A stretch of DNA of 64,000 nt from Acidobacteriota bacterium (GCA_963666055.2 CAXWPH010000006.1:160001-224000), one strand, 5' to 3'; positions 9,432 to 20,452 are shown, counted from the stretch's first letter. Notes: a model not told the origin generated them from the sequence alone. Numbers and translations are program-made.

Positions 9432-10940
9432 ATGGGGCAACAGCTACGACTCGATGAGCTCTTGGCCGGCTGCGAGGCGAGCTTCGTGGGCGACCCAACG
9501 ATCGAAGTAACGGGGATCGCCTACGACTCGCGACGCGTCGGCTCCGGCGACGTTTTCGTGGCTATCCCGGGCTTCGTACACGACGGGCTCGAGTTCGCTC
9601 CTGAAGCCGTCCGACACGGCGCTGTGGCGATCGTGGCGGAACGCTCCCGATCGAGCCTCGAGGACGATGCTTTCACCGGTACTTGGGCGCAGGTGCGCTC
9701 GACACGTCGCACTCTCGCCGCTCTCGCGTGCCGCTGGCACGGTAACCCGAGCGAACGTCTGATGGTGGTGGGGGTAACGGGGACAAACGGGAAGACGACG
9801 GTAACCGCTCTCCTCGAAGCGATCCTCGCTGGCCGCGCTCCCGTTGGCCGCTGGAGCACGACCCAGGTGCGGATTGCCGGCGACTCCTCCCCGACGCTTC
9901 GTACGACCCCAGAGGCGCCCGAGCTGCAGGCGGCAATGGCACGCATGCTCGATGCCGGGTGTCGAGCCGCCGTCATCGAGGTCTCCTCGCACGCCTTGCG
10001 GCTCGATCGCGTCACCGGCACGCGGTTCGTCGCCGCCACGTTCACCAACCTGTCACCGGACCACCTCGACTTCCATCGGGACATGGACGACTACCTCGAC
10101 GCCAAGGCGACGTTGTTCGAGGCCTTGCCGTCGGATGCGCCAGCAGTTCTGAACGCCTCCGACCCCGTTGCCCCGCGCCTGGCCGAGCGCGTTAGCGGAC
10201 GCACGGTGACCTACGGCTGGGCCGGAAGTGCGGGCGCGCCCCCAGACTATTGCCTCGACCGCTTCGACTCGCGTCCCGGCGGCTCGAGGCTATACCTGAC
10301 GACGCCGGCGTCCGAGGGCTGCATCGACACTCCGCTATTCGGTAGGGCGAACGCCGAGAACATAGCCGCGGCCGTAGCCACGGCGATGGAGCTCGGTTTC
10401 TCGCTCGACGAGGTCCGTCAGGCAGTGTCCGGGTTCAGCGGCGAGCCTGGGCGCCTACAGGCGGTCGACGCTGGCCAGCCGTTTCACGTACTGATCGATT
10501 TCGCCCACACGCCAGGAGCTCTTCACGCGGCTTTGGAAGCGGCACGCGGTATTGTCGATAGAGGGCGGGTCATCGTTGTCTTCGGTTGCGGCGGCGATCG
10601 CGACCGCACCAAGCGGCCCCTCATGGGCGGTATCGCCGCCGACGGGGCGGCCGTAGCGGTGGTGACATCCGATAACCCGCGAAGCGAGGACCCGGAGACG
10701 ATCATCGACGAGGTTGTTGCCGGTATCGGCTCGAACCCTCGTGCGGACATTCACGTCGAGGCCGACCGCGCCACCGCCATCGACCTGGCGCTGGCCATGG
10801 CGGCGCCGGGAGATTGCGTTCTCATTGCCGGCAAGGGCCACGAGACCGAGCAGATCTTCGGCGACCGGACCGTTCCCTTCGACGACGCCGAGGTGGCCAC
10901 CACTTTCCTGGCACGGCGTGGTACGGAGATCTCGAGATGA
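9432..10940 (+). CDS. murE: UDP-MurNAc-dipeptide:meso-DAP ligase MurE
   Basis: GVTGTNGKTT, EVSSH, DHLDFH, DFAHTP, GCGGDRD, SDNPR (DAP specificity), GKGHE. Confidence 0.95.
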   Translation: MGQQLRLDELLAGCEASFVGDPTIEVTGIAYDSRRVGSGDVFVAIPGFVHDGLEFAPEAVRHGAVAIVAERSRSSLEDDAFTGTWAQVRSTRRTLAALACRWHGNPSERLMVVGVTGTNGKTTVTALLEAILAGRAPVGRWSTTQVRIAGDSSPTLRTTPEAPELQAAMARMLDAGCRAAVIEVSSHALRLDRVTGTRFVAATFTNLSPDHLDFHRDMDDYLDAKATLFEALPSDAPAVLNASDPVAPRLAERVSGRTVTYGWAGSAGAPPDYCLDRFDSRPGGSRLYLTTPASEGCIDTPLFGRANAENIAAAVATAMELGFSLDEVRQAVSGFSGEPGRLQAVDAGQPFHVLIDFAHTPGALHAALEAARGIVDRGRVIVVFGCGGDRDRTKRPLMGGIAADGAAVAVVTSDNPRSEDPETIIDEVVAGIGSNPRADIHVEADRATAIDLALAMAAPGDCVLIAGKGHETEQIFGDRTVPFDDAEVATTFLARRGTEISR

Positions 10941-12364
10941 TCTCGATGACCGTCGCCGAGCTGGCTGATGTTCTGGGCTGCGTTGTCGAGACAGGCAGCG
11001 CCAGCGGCGAGATCAACCGAGTGGTGATCGACTCGCGCAGCGTGCAGCGCGGCGATGCATTCGTCGCGATAGTCGGCCCACGCGATGATGGGCACCGCTA
11101 CCTACCTCAGGCTCTGGCGTCGGGAGCTGTCGCGGTGATTATCTCGCGCCGTGACGTGCTGGATCGCCTGGTCAATCCTCACGACGCCGGCATCGTTCGC
11201 GTCGAAGACACTACGGCGGCACTTCAGCGACTCGCCGGACACGTCCGCAAAGTGGTGGAGCCGACCGTCGTCGCGATCACCGGCAGCGTCGGCAAGACCA
11301 CGACCAAGGCATTGACCCACGAATTGTTGAAGGAGACGGAGTCGACACACGCTACACCCGGCAACTTCAACAACCAGTGGGGCCTTCCGCTTTCACTGCT
11401 CGGCCTGCGCCCGGATCACCGCTGGATGGTAGCTGAGCTCGGAATGAGCACGGCGGGTGAGATCGCCGCGCTGACTCGCCTGGCACGGCCGAGCATCGGG
11501 GTAATTACCAACGTTGCGCCGGTTCACATGGAGAACTTCAACGATCTCGCCGGGGTGGCTGCCGCGAAGCAGGAGCTCGCCGATGGGCTCCCGTCCGGCG
11601 GCACGCTGATCGTCAACGCCGACGATCTACACACGGCGGCCATGGGAACAACGCGGCAACAGCGCGCTGAGCCCACGATCCGCTACGGTGTACGACACGA
11701 CGCCGAGATATCGGCTCATCATGTGGAGACAGGAGCGACAACCTGGCACTTCGAGCTCCGATGTGGCCCTTCCGATGCCGCACTCGTTGAGCTACCGCTG
11801 CCCGGAGAGCACTCGATCTCCAACTTCCTCGCGGCAGCAGCCGTGGCGTTCACCCTGGGCATCGACGCCGCCACGATCGCGGCTCGCGCTCGGCACCTTA
11901 CGCTGCCAGCGATGCGCGGGCAGGTACACCGGACCGACCGCGGCGTGGTGGTGATCGACGATAGCTACAATGCCTCGCCCGCCGCCATGCTTACCGCATT
12001 GGAGACGTTGGCCGGGACCGCCGGAACAGGCCGCAAGATCCTGGCGGTTGGCGACATGCTCGAGCTCGGAAGCTGGGCCGAAGACGCGCACCGCGAAGTT
12101 GGTTTGCACGCCGCCCATCTCGACGTTGACCACATTGTTACGGTCGGTCCGTTGGCTCGCGATATCGGCCACGGCGCACGCGCCGGCGGCATGGCGGCGG
12201 AGGCGATCACTGCCTTCAGCGTTTCCGACGAGGCGGCGGAGGCGATCGCAGCAATCGTTCGCCCCGGAGATACCGTATTGGTCAAGGGGTCGCGCGCTAT
12301 TCTCATGGAGCGCATCGTGCACACCCTGCTAAGGCCCACCGACGACAATGGAGTCTCCGCCTGA
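10937..12364 (+). CDS. murF: UDP-MurNAc-tripeptide:D-Ala-D-Ala ligase MurF
   Basis: ITGSVGKTTTK, GNFNN..GLP, DDSYNASP, GDMLELG, VKGSR; ATGA overlap with murE. Confidence 0.95.
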   Translation: MISMTVAELADVLGCVVETGSASGEINRVVIDSRSVQRGDAFVAIVGPRDDGHRYLPQALASGAVAVIISRRDVLDRLVNPHDAGIVRVEDTTAALQRLAGHVRKVVEPTVVAITGSVGKTTTKALTHELLKETESTHATPGNFNNQWGLPLSLLGLRPDHRWMVAELGMSTAGEIAALTRLARPSIGVITNVAPVHMENFNDLAGVAAAKQELADGLPSGGTLIVNADDLHTAAMGTTRQQRAEPTIRYGVRHDAEISAHHVETGATTWHFELRCGPSDAALVELPLPGEHSISNFLAAAAVAFTLGIDAATIAARARHLTLPAMRGQVHRTDRGVVVIDDSYNASPAAMLTALETLAGTAGTGRKILAVGDMLELGSWAEDAHREVGLHAAHLDVDHIVTVGPLARDIGHGARAGGMAAEAITAFSVSDEAAEAIAAIVRPGDTVLVKGSRAILMERIVHTLLRPTDDNGVSA

Positions 12365-12419
12365 TGACACCCGCCCCGCGTCGTCGCCGTCCGACTCCCG
12401 TCTTCAACCCAGGAAGCTG

Positions 12420-13505
12420 ATGCTGTACGAGTTGCTGGTTCCGCTGGCTGACTACTGGGGTCCCTTCAACGTCTTTCGCTATCTGACTTTCCGCGCCGCG
12501 CTCACCGCCGCATCGGCGCTGCTGGCTACGCTGGCGCTCGGGCCGTGGATGATCCGCCGCCTGCTCGCCGCTCAAATCGAAGAGCAGATCCGCTCCGACG
12601 GGCCCGCGTCGCATGCCCGCAAACGCGGCACACCGACCATGGGTGGAGCGCTCATCGTCAGCGCAGTCGGCGTCTCCACGCTCCTGTGGGCGGACCTGCG
12701 CAACGCGTTCGTATGGATCGCGCTGATCGGAACGCTCGGATTCGCCGCCATCGGGTTTCTGGACGACTACCTCGGCGCCGTTCATGCACGCCGGCGCGGC
12801 CTCTCGGCGCGGTCCAAGACAGCGATGATGATCGCGCTGTCCGGCGCGGTTGGCTTGACCCTGTGGACACTAGCTCAGCAGGGCTCGTTCACCACCCAGC
12901 TATCGGTGCCGTTCTTCAAGGAGATCAGCCCGCACCTGGGCGTGCTCTATGTACCTTTCACCGTGCTCGTGCTGCTGGCCTCGAGCAACGCGGTGAACCT
13001 CACGGATGGCCTCGATGGCTTGGCTACGGGCTGCGTGATGGTGGCGGCGGTTTCCTATACGGCGCTCGCATACATCGCGGGCCACGCGATCATCGCCGAG
13101 TACCTCGACATCATCTTCGTCGGCGACATAGCCGAGATAACGATTTTCGCTGCCGCCATCGTCGGAGCCTGCCTCGGTTTCCTCTGGTACAACTGCCACC
13201 CGGCACAGATCTTCATGGGCGATACCGGCTCGCTTGCCCTTGGCGGTGCTGTCGGCCTCATCGCACTGCTGATCAAACAGGAACTGGTGCTCGTGCTGGT
13301 GGGTGGCGTTTTCGTTCTCGAGACGCTGTCGGTGATGATCCAGGTCACCTCATTTCGGCTCACCGGACGCCGCGTGTTCCGCATGACACCGCTGCACCAT
13401 CACTTCGAGCTGGCGGGATGGTCGGAGCCACAGGTGGTGGTCCGCTTCTGGATTCTGGCGGTGCTCTTCGCGCTGATGTCATTGGCCACGCTGAAGCTAC
13501 GATGA
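12420..13505 (+). CDS. mraY: Phospho-MurNAc-pentapeptide transferase MraY
   Basis: GTPTMGG, NAVNLTDGLDGLA, FMGDTGSLALG, PLHHHFE. Confidence 0.96.
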   Translation: MLYELLVPLADYWGPFNVFRYLTFRAALTAASALLATLALGPWMIRRLLAAQIEEQIRSDGPASHARKRGTPTMGGALIVSAVGVSTLLWADLRNAFVWIALIGTLGFAAIGFLDDYLGAVHARRRGLSARSKTAMMIALSGAVGLTLWTLAQQGSFTTQLSVPFFKEISPHLGVLYVPFTVLVLLASSNAVNLTDGLDGLATGCVMVAAVSYTALAYIAGHAIIAEYLDIIFVGDIAEITIFAAAIVGACLGFLWYNCHPAQIFMGDTGSLALGGAVGLIALLIKQELVLVLVGGVFVLETLSVMIQVTSFRLTGRRVFRMTPLHHHFELAGWSEPQVVVRFWILAVLFALMSLATLKLR

Positions 13506-14863
13506 CCGGCCCCTGGGCAGGCAAGAAGGTCATCGTCGTCGGCGCTGGACGCAGCGGCGTAGCGGCGACCGAGTTGCTGGTCTACCTGGGGGCACGCGTG
13601 GCGCTGACCGACTTGCGCGCGCGGTCGGAGCTGACCGATACCACCGAGCTCGAGCGGCGCGGCGTCGAGCTGGCGCTCGGCAGTCACCCTGAAGCGATTT
13701 GGCGTGATGCAGACGCCGTAGTGGCTTCGCCCGGGATCCACCCGGAGGCACCACCCTTGCGCGCCGCACGCGCCGAGGGAATCACGCCGGTCAGCGAGGT
13801 AGAGCTCGCAAGCTCATATGCCAAGGCCCCGGCCGTGGCGATCAGCGGATCCAACGGCAAGAGCACGGTTACCAGCATGGTCGGAGCCATTCTGACCGAG
13901 AGCGACCTGGCCACGGCCGTCTGCGGCAACATCGGCGTGCCGTTCTCGCGCGTCGTCCGTCAGGTACTCCAAGGGGAGCGACACGTGGAGCGCTATGTTC
14001 TGGAGCTGTCGTCATTCCAGACTGAGACAATCGTTGATTTCCGGCCCCGCTGGGCGGGGCTGCTCAACATCAGCGCCGACCACCTCGACCGCCACGGCGA
14101 CTTCGAATCCTACGCCCAGGCCAAGCTACGACTGGTGGCTAACTGCACCAGCGACGACTGGCTCGTCTATGGTGCCGACGATCCCTGGCTCCGGCACCAT
14201 CTACCATCCATCCCCCACCCTGTACCCTTCGGCGCCACAGCAACGACGAGCAACATTGGCGCGTGGGTGACGGATGGACGCATTCAGTGGCGCGACCCGG
14301 ACGCCGTGGTGCACACCGTTGTCGACACCGACGAGCTGACGGTCATCGGTACCCACAACCAGATGAACGCGGCAGCGGCCGTGGCGTTGGCCTGCCTCGC
14401 CGGCGCGAGTCCGGCGAGTGCAGGCGCGGCGCTGCGTCGATTCGAGGGTCTCGAGCACCGTATGGAGCCCTGCGGCGTCGTGCGGGGCATCCGCTGCATC
14501 AACGACTCGAAGGCAACCAACGTTGGCGCCACCCTGGCGGCGCTCAACGGGATAGAAAGTCCCGTATGGCTGATCCTCGGCGGTCGCGACAAGGATTCCG
14601 AATTCGAGCGTCTCCGACCAGCGCTAGGCAACGTCCGCGGCGTCTTGCTCACCGGCGAGGCTTCGGAGCGCATCGCACAGGCGCTGGACGGCGCCGTGGC
14701 GATGATCGAGTGCGTCGACATCGAGCGCGCCGTTGAACTCGGCCTGGAGAACGCGTCCGCGGGTGAGGTGCTTTTGCTCGCGCCAGCCTGCACGAGCTTC
14801 GACCAGTACGACAATTTCGAACATCGAGGACGTCACTTCAAAGCCCTGATCGCGGCCCGCTAG
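13502..14863 (+). CDS. murD: UDP-MurNAc-L-Ala:D-Glu ligase MurD
   Basis: GAGRSG, SGSNGKSTV, ELSSFQ, DHLDRH, NDSKATN, PACTSFDQY. Confidence 0.95.
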   Translation: MTGPWAGKKVIVVGAGRSGVAATELLVYLGARVALTDLRARSELTDTTELERRGVELALGSHPEAIWRDADAVVASPGIHPEAPPLRAARAEGITPVSEVELASSYAKAPAVAISGSNGKSTVTSMVGAILTESDLATAVCGNIGVPFSRVVRQVLQGERHVERYVLELSSFQTETIVDFRPRWAGLLNISADHLDRHGDFESYAQAKLRLVANCTSDDWLVYGADDPWLRHHLPSIPHPVPFGATATTSNIGAWVTDGRIQWRDPDAVVHTVVDTDELTVIGTHNQMNAAAAVALACLAGASPASAGAALRRFEGLEHRMEPCGVVRGIRCINDSKATNVGATLAALNGIESPVWLILGGRDKDSEFERLRPALGNVRGVLLTGEASERIAQALDGAVAMIECVDIERAVELGLENASAGEVLLLAPACTSFDQYDNFEHRGRHFKALIAAR

Positions 14864-14894
14864 AGCGCTCAGGGGTAATCTGGGAGAGGGGCCG

Positions 14895-15992
14895 ATGGCG
14901 AGCCGCTGGTTGGCGGTCGACAAGACGTTGTTCTGCGCCGTAGTCGCCATGATCGGGCTTGGCCTGGTCATGGTGTACTCCGCATCGTTCCCGATCTCTC
15001 AACGTGCCTACGGTCACGATCTGTACTTCGTGACGCGGCAGGCGATTGGCGTTGTCGCCGGGCTCGGAGTGCTTGTGGCGGGGCTACTCACCGATTATCG
15101 GATCTATCGCAGTCGGCTCGTGGTCGCCGGTTTCGTAGCCGCCACGCTGGGCGCCTTGGTCCTGGTTCTGCTGATGCCTGAGTCTCGGGGCGCGCATCGC
15201 TGGCTCCCCTTGGGGCCACTCAACGCCCAACCATCAGAGATCGCCAAGCTCGCCGTGATCCTGTTCCTTGCCTCCTATCTCTCCCGCAAGGACGAGACCA
15301 TCAACGAACCGTGGCGCGGGCTGACGCCGCCCCTCACGGTGGTGGCCGCGATCGTGTTCCTGATCGCCATCGAGCCCGACCTCGGCACCGCGTTGATGGT
15401 GATCAGCATCGCTGCCACGATGCTCTGGGTGGCTGGTCTCTCGTGGAAATATATCGCCAACGTGGGCGTTGCCGTGACCTTCGCCGCCTCCGTACAGATC
15501 TTTCGGTCGGGCTACCAATCGCGTCGTATCGTGGCCTGGCTGGATCCGTGGGCTGATGCTCAGGACGCCGGATACCAGACGCTGCAGTCGCTGATGGCCG
15601 TGGGGTCCGGAGGCCTGAGCGGCGTCGGCTTCGCCGCCGGCCATCAGAAGAGTGGCTTTCTCCCGGATCCCTACACGGACTTCATCTACGCTGTGGTTGC
15701 CGAGGAGTTCGGCCTGCTGGGGGCAGGGGCAGTGGTGCTCGCTTTCATGGTCGTGCTCTGGCGCGGCCTGCGGGCCGCGCTCCGCGCGCCAGACAAGTTC
15801 GGGTTTTACCTCGGTACCGGGCTCACGTGCTATTTGGTTTTGCAGGCGCTGATGAATATGAGCATCGTGGTAAACCTATTACCGACGACCGGCATTCCAT
15901 TGCCTCTGATCAGCTACGGTGGCTCCTCCATGGTGATCTGCTGCGCTGCGGTCGGCGTTCTCTTGAACCTTTCTCAGCACGCCCACGCATGA
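14895..15992 (+). CDS. ftsW: SEDS peptidoglycan polymerase FtsW
   Basis: MVYSAS, QPSEIAK, EPDLGT, TDFIYAVVAEEFG, LPLISYGGSS. Confidence 0.95.
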   Translation: MASRWLAVDKTLFCAVVAMIGLGLVMVYSASFPISQRAYGHDLYFVTRQAIGVVAGLGVLVAGLLTDYRIYRSRLVVAGFVAATLGALVLVLLMPESRGAHRWLPLGPLNAQPSEIAKLAVILFLASYLSRKDETINEPWRGLTPPLTVVAAIVFLIAIEPDLGTALMVISIAATMLWVAGLSWKYIANVGVAVTFAASVQIFRSGYQSRRIVAWLDPWADAQDAGYQTLQSLMAVGSGGLSGVGFAAGHQKSGFLPDPYTDFIYAVVAEEFGLLGAGAVVLAFMVVLWRGLRAALRAPDKFGFYLGTGLTCYLVLQALMNMSIVVNLLPTTGIPLPLISYGGSSMVICCAAVGVLLNLSQHAHA

Positions 15993-17221
15993 GCTCTGCG
16001 TCGACCGATTCGTCCCACGAGCCCCTCAGGGTGGCTCTTGCTGCCGGCGGCACAGGTGGACATCTGATGCCCGCCCTGGCGACCGCCGAGGCGCTGGCAG
16101 CACGGGTACGATGCGAGTTTCTGGTGATCGGATCGCAGCGTACCAGCGAGCGAGAGCTTCGTGACCTGGTCCCCTACCCCGTTGTCGAGGTGCGGGCTCG
16201 CGGCATGGTGGGGATGGGCATGACCGGACGCATGCGCGCTCTGGCTTCTCTCCCGGCTTCGATCGCGGCCGCCCGCCGGCACCTGGCAGGCTTCCGGCCG
16301 CATCTGGTGATTGCCACCGGCGGCTATGTATGCGGCCCCACTGGCCTGGCGGCATGGCTGGCCGGCATTCCGCTATTGGTTCTGGAGCAGAACGCCGACC
16401 CTGGCCTGACGACGCGATGGCTGCGTCCCTTTGCGCGTGCGATCGCGGTCTCGTTCGAGGAGACGGCAGGGCGTATTGGCGGCAAGGCGGTACTCACCGG
16501 GAATCCCGTGCGCGCTTCGCTGCCGTCGGCGCCGCGGCGCGATGGCCACGCGACCGCCGCGCACAGGAACGGTATTCACCTGTTGATCCTGGGCGGAAGC
16601 CAGGGGGCACGCGGACTGAACATGATGGCCGAGCTTGCTATCCCGATCTTGGCAGACGCAGACGTGGGCCTCAGGATCACTCACCAAGCTGGCAACGTCG
16701 ACCTCGACTCGCTGCGCAACGTGTACGACGAGCACGGCATTCCTGCCGTCGTAACGCCGTTCATCCAGAATATCGGTGAGGCTTACGCGCAAGCCGATCT
16801 GGTGTGTGGCCGTGCTGGCGCGACGACTATCGCCGAGCTGGCGTACTGTGGGCTGCCGTCGATCCTGGTTCCCTTTCCGAGCGCCGCTGGACGCCACCAG
16901 CATTCCAACGCAAGAGCCCTCCAACGAGCTGGGGCCGCCGTCATCGTGGAGGAGTCCGCGAACGGGCACCGGCTCGCCGAAGCGATTCTGGAGCTGGCGG
17001 CCGACGTCGACCGACGCGCCAAGATGTCGGCGGCGGCGGCGGCCTGCGGGCGAGACGCAGCCGCCGCGATGGTGGCAGATTTGGCACTGTCGCTGATCGA
17101 CGCTTCGGCGCCGCCGAGCCCGGCAAGCGCAACGACGACTGCGAGCTCGAACGCGACCCACGGTGGCCCCTTGCGCCGATCGATCGACGTCACCCGAAAA
17201 CGAGGTCCCCAGACATGCTGA
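15989..17221 (+). CDS. murG: Lipid II GlcNAc transferase MurG
   Basis: GGTGGH, TGGYV, EQNA, GNPVR, GGSQGA, RAGATTIAE, HQ..NA. Confidence 0.95.
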   Translation: MSSASTDSSHEPLRVALAAGGTGGHLMPALATAEALAARVRCEFLVIGSQRTSERELRDLVPYPVVEVRARGMVGMGMTGRMRALASLPASIAAARRHLAGFRPHLVIATGGYVCGPTGLAAWLAGIPLLVLEQNADPGLTTRWLRPFARAIAVSFEETAGRIGGKAVLTGNPVRASLPSAPRRDGHATAAHRNGIHLLILGGSQGARGLNMMAELAIPILADADVGLRITHQAGNVDLDSLRNVYDEHGIPAVVTPFIQNIGEAYAQADLVCGRAGATTIAELAYCGLPSILVPFPSAAGRHQHSNARALQRAGAAVIVEESANGHRLAEAILELAADVDRRAKMSAAAAACGRDAAAAMVADLALSLIDASAPPSPASATTTASSNATHGGPLRRSIDVTRKRGPQTC

Positions 17222-18651
17222 AACGCGTACGCCGCCTCCACTTCGTCGGCATCGGCGGCATCGGCATGAGCGGCATCGCCGAGCTACTGCTGAACCTCGA
17301 CTACGAGGTATCCGGGTCCGATCTGCGGCCGTCGTCTATCACGGAACGCCTGGAGCGCTTGGGTGGCACCGTGTTCGTCGGCCACGCGGCAGACAATGTC
17401 CGAGGCGCCGACGTCGTCGTAACATCATCTGCCGTTGGCGACGACAACTCGGAGGTAGTAGCCGCACACGCCGCCGGGATCCCGGTGATTCCCCGCGCCG
17501 AGATGCTTGCCGAGCTCATGCGCATGCGACACGGCGTGCTTATCGCCGGCTCGCACGGCAAGACAACCACAACCTCGATGATGGCGACCGTGTTCGAGGC
17601 CGCCGATCTCGACCCGACGGTCGTCATCGGTGGGCGCCTGGAGGCCTGGGGAAGCAACGCTCGTCTCGGCCAGGGAGAGTTCATGGTTGCCGAGGCGGAC
17701 GAGAGCGACGGCTCGTTCTTGCGGCTCAGTCCGACGATTGCCGTGGTGACCAACATCGATCTCGAGCATCTGGATCACTACGACAACTTCGATGCCCTCA
17801 AGGACGCCTTCGTCGAGTTCCTCAACAAGGTCCCGTTCTACGGCACGGCGGTCGTTTGTCTGGACGACCCCGAGCTCCAGGAAGTCATGCCGCGGGTGAC
17901 GCGCAAGCTCCTCACTTACGGAACGAATCCGCAATCTGACATCTGCGCGTCGGCGGTCCAGGTGAGCGCCGAAGGCACTCGACTCACTTGCCACGCCGGC
18001 GCTGACGAGCTCGGCGAGATCCAACTGCGCGTGCTCGGACGACACAACGCGCTGAACGCTCTCGCCTGCGTCGCGGTGGGACTGGACCTGGGGATTGCGT
18101 TTCCCACCATCGCCGACGCGCTGGCGAGCTATGCCGGCACCGACCGCCGCTTCCAACGAGTCCATTCGGGCGGCGATATTCTCGTCGTCGACGACTATGC
18201 CCACCACCCCACCGAGATCCGTGCTGTGCTGGGAGCCGCCGGCGAGGCGTTTCCGGATCGACGCAAGATCGTCTGCTTCCAGCCGCATCGCTACAGTCGA
18301 TCGCACTTGCTTCGCGACGACTTCGGCCGCGCCTTCTACGATGCCGACATAGTGCTCGTACTACCGATCTACGCAGCCGGCGAGGAGCCCATTGTCGGCG
18401 TGACCGGAGAGGATCTGGCGCTGGCCATGAGCCAGCATGGCCAGCGCCAGGTGATCAGCGTCGCTGACCTGGAAGCGGCGTTCGAGTCGGTTACTCAGTA
18501 CGCCCGACCGGGCGACATCGTGCTGACGCTCGGTGCGGGCGACGTTTGGAAGCTCTCGCGACGGGTCGGCGAATGGCTCTCTGGCGTTGAGCGCGGCGTC
18601 GCCGACGAGGTGGGCGAGAGCGTCGACCAGCCGTCGACGGACGAAGGATAG
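17215..18651 (+). CDS. murC: UDP-MurNAc:L-Ala ligase MurC
   Basis: HFVGIGGIGMSGIA, GSHGKTTTT, EADESDGSF, DDYAHHPTE, FQPHRY. Confidence 0.96.
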   Translation: MLKRVRRLHFVGIGGIGMSGIAELLLNLDYEVSGSDLRPSSITERLERLGGTVFVGHAADNVRGADVVVTSSAVGDDNSEVVAAHAAGIPVIPRAEMLAELMRMRHGVLIAGSHGKTTTTSMMATVFEAADLDPTVVIGGRLEAWGSNARLGQGEFMVAEADESDGSFLRLSPTIAVVTNIDLEHLDHYDNFDALKDAFVEFLNKVPFYGTAVVCLDDPELQEVMPRVTRKLLTYGTNPQSDICASAVQVSAEGTRLTCHAGADELGEIQLRVLGRHNALNALACVAVGLDLGIAFPTIADALASYAGTDRRFQRVHSGGDILVVDDYAHHPTEIRAVLGAAGEAFPDRRKIVCFQPHRYSRSHLLRDDFGRAFYDADIVLVLPIYAAGEEPIVGVTGEDLALAMSQHGQRQVISVADLEAAFESVTQYARPGDIVLTLGAGDVWKLSRRVGEWLSGVERGVADEVGESVDQPSTDEG

Positions 18652-18653
18652 AG

Positions 18654-19607
18654 ATGTTGGCAACCCGGCCCCCGATCGCAGGCGCGTCCTGGACCGATAC
18701 GGCGATCCGCGCCATGGAAGGCGCGGCGCGGGCAGACGGCTGGCGCTGTGTGCGCGACGAGCCGCTGGCGTGCCACACCTCGATGGGCGTCGGGGGCCCA
18801 TGTCCGTTCATGCTATGGCCGCGACACCAGGAAGATGTCCGTGCCATGGTCGCGTGGATGGGCTCGCGCCGGCTCCAGTGGCACGTGCTCGGAGGCGGTA
18901 GCAACCTGCTGGTGGCCGGCGAGGGTGTCGCCGCGCCAGTCATCAACATGACGAGTGCGGCAGACCGATTGTGGCTTGACGGCAACGTCTTGCGGCTTCC
19001 GGCGAGCCTGCCGATGGCGCGAGCGGTACGCTACACCATTGCTCGAGGGCTGGATGGGCTGGTGTGGTCGGCGGGGTTACCCGGAACCGTCGGCGGCGCA
19101 GCCGCCGGCAACGCCGGTTGCTGGGGTGGCGACATGCAGTGCTGCACTGCCGACGTCGATGTCGTGAGCTCGTACGGCCAGACACATCGAATCGAAGCTG
19201 CCGACCTGGTGTGGGCATACAGAAGCCTGGCGCTGCCGAGCGTTTCCGCCCCCTGGACGATCATCGCGGTGGGCGTTCGCGTTGAACAGGGTGACGCCAC
19301 CCGACTCACCGAGCGTTACGACGAGCTGCAGCAGCGTAAGCGCCAACGGCAGCCAGTTGGCGCGCGCAACTCAGGCTGCATCTTCCGCAATCCTCCCGAC
19401 GGCGACAGCGCCGGCCAGCTGATCGATGACGCCGGTTGCAAGGGCCTCCGCGTCGGCAATGCCGTGGTCTCCGATCGTCACGCCAACTTCATCGTCAACC
19501 TCGGTGACGCCAGTGCGCACGACATCGAAGAGCTGATCGATTGCGTGATCTCGCGGGTTCATGACCACAGCGGCACGATTTTGGACTCGGAGATCCGGCG
19601 ATGGTAG
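18654..19607 (+). CDS. murB: UDP-N-acetylenolpyruvylglucosamine reductase MurB
   Basis: GGGSNLL, PGTVGGA..NAG, SGCIFRNP, SDRHANFIVN. Confidence 0.92.
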   Translation: MLATRPPIAGASWTDTAIRAMEGAARADGWRCVRDEPLACHTSMGVGGPCPFMLWPRHQEDVRAMVAWMGSRRLQWHVLGGGSNLLVAGEGVAAPVINMTSAADRLWLDGNVLRLPASLPMARAVRYTIARGLDGLVWSAGLPGTVGGAAAGNAGCWGGDMQCCTADVDVVSSYGQTHRIEAADLVWAYRSLALPSVSAPWTIIAVGVRVEQGDATRLTERYDELQQRKRQRQPVGARNSGCIFRNPPDGDSAGQLIDDAGCKGLRVGNAVVSDRHANFIVNLGDASAHDIEELIDCVISRVHDHSGTILDSEIRRW

Positions 19608-20452
19608 CGACGAGCGGAAAACGCGCCCCGCAGTTCCTGCGCTCGGTGCACAACCGCCCGGCACTACGCCGACGGAGCAATTTGGCGATCTTTGGGCAAC
19701 TCATGCTGGTGGCCTCCGGGATCGCTTTCGGTGGCGGCCTTGCCTATAGCGGCTACGGCTACGCCGCCAGCAGCGACCGCTTTGTCTTGCGCGAACTGGC
19801 CGTGGACGCGGTGCCCGAGCGCATCCGCAATACGGTGCGTCAGCAGCTCGAGCCGGCGCTGGGCCGGAACCTACTGACGCTCGATCTCGATCCTCTTCGG
19901 GCGCGTGTGGAGAGCATCCCGCAGGTGCGTACGGCTCGCGTTCGGCGGTTGCTACCGGAAACGCTGGAGGTGGAGGTGTCGTTGCGCGGTCCCTGGGGCC
20001 GACTACACGCCCCGGATGGCGCTTGGTTGGTATCAAAGGGCGGCGTATTGCTCGGCCCCGACCCGCAGTCCGACCCCAGCCTACCGCGCCTACGGATGAC
20101 CACTGCAGTACGTCCGGCACTCGATGCAACGCGCAAGGTCCCTCGCCAAAGCCCCGGCGGAGCGTTCTTCGACGACGCTGTTGTGATCGTCGACTGGCTG
20201 CGCCAGACACGCCGCGACCTATTCGGCCAGGTCGCCTACGTGCGGCTCGAACCCACCGGCGTCGTGTTGGTGCTTGCCGGTCCGCTGCGCATGCTGCAGG
20301 TTGGCGACGCTTCGCGCTTGCAGACCAAGTTCGACAACCTGCACGCGCTGACAACGCGCCGATCGTTGCCCAACCGTGCGGTCGTCGACCTGCGACACCG
20401 CGACATGGTCGTGGTGCGCGCGGCTGAAGCGGACACCGGAGCTGAGGACTAG
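19601..20452 (+). CDS. ftsQ: Cell division protein FtsQ/DivIB
   Basis: TM then POTRA (NLLTLDL..RRLLPETL), C-terminal VDLR; precedes ftsA. Confidence 0.8.
   Translation: MVATSGKRAPQFLRSVHNRPALRRRSNLAIFGQLMLVASGIAFGGGLAYSGYGYAASSDRFVLRELAVDAVPERIRNTVRQQLEPALGRNLLTLDLDPLRARVESIPQVRTARVRRLLPETLEVEVSLRGPWGRLHAPDGAWLVSKGGVLLGPDPQSDPSLPRLRMTTAVRPALDATRKVPRQSPGGAFFDDAVVIVDWLRQTRRDLFGQVAYVRLEPTGVVLVLAGPLRMLQVGDASRLQTKFDNLHALTTRRSLPNRAVVDLRHRDMVVVRAAEADTGAED

Noticed and set aside
12545-13501. 772-aa MurD fusion suggested by the ORF track (similar overextensions for murF, murC, murG and the radical SAM at 47115)
   Set aside because: Open-frame overlap with the upstream gene; true starts lie at or near the upstream stops
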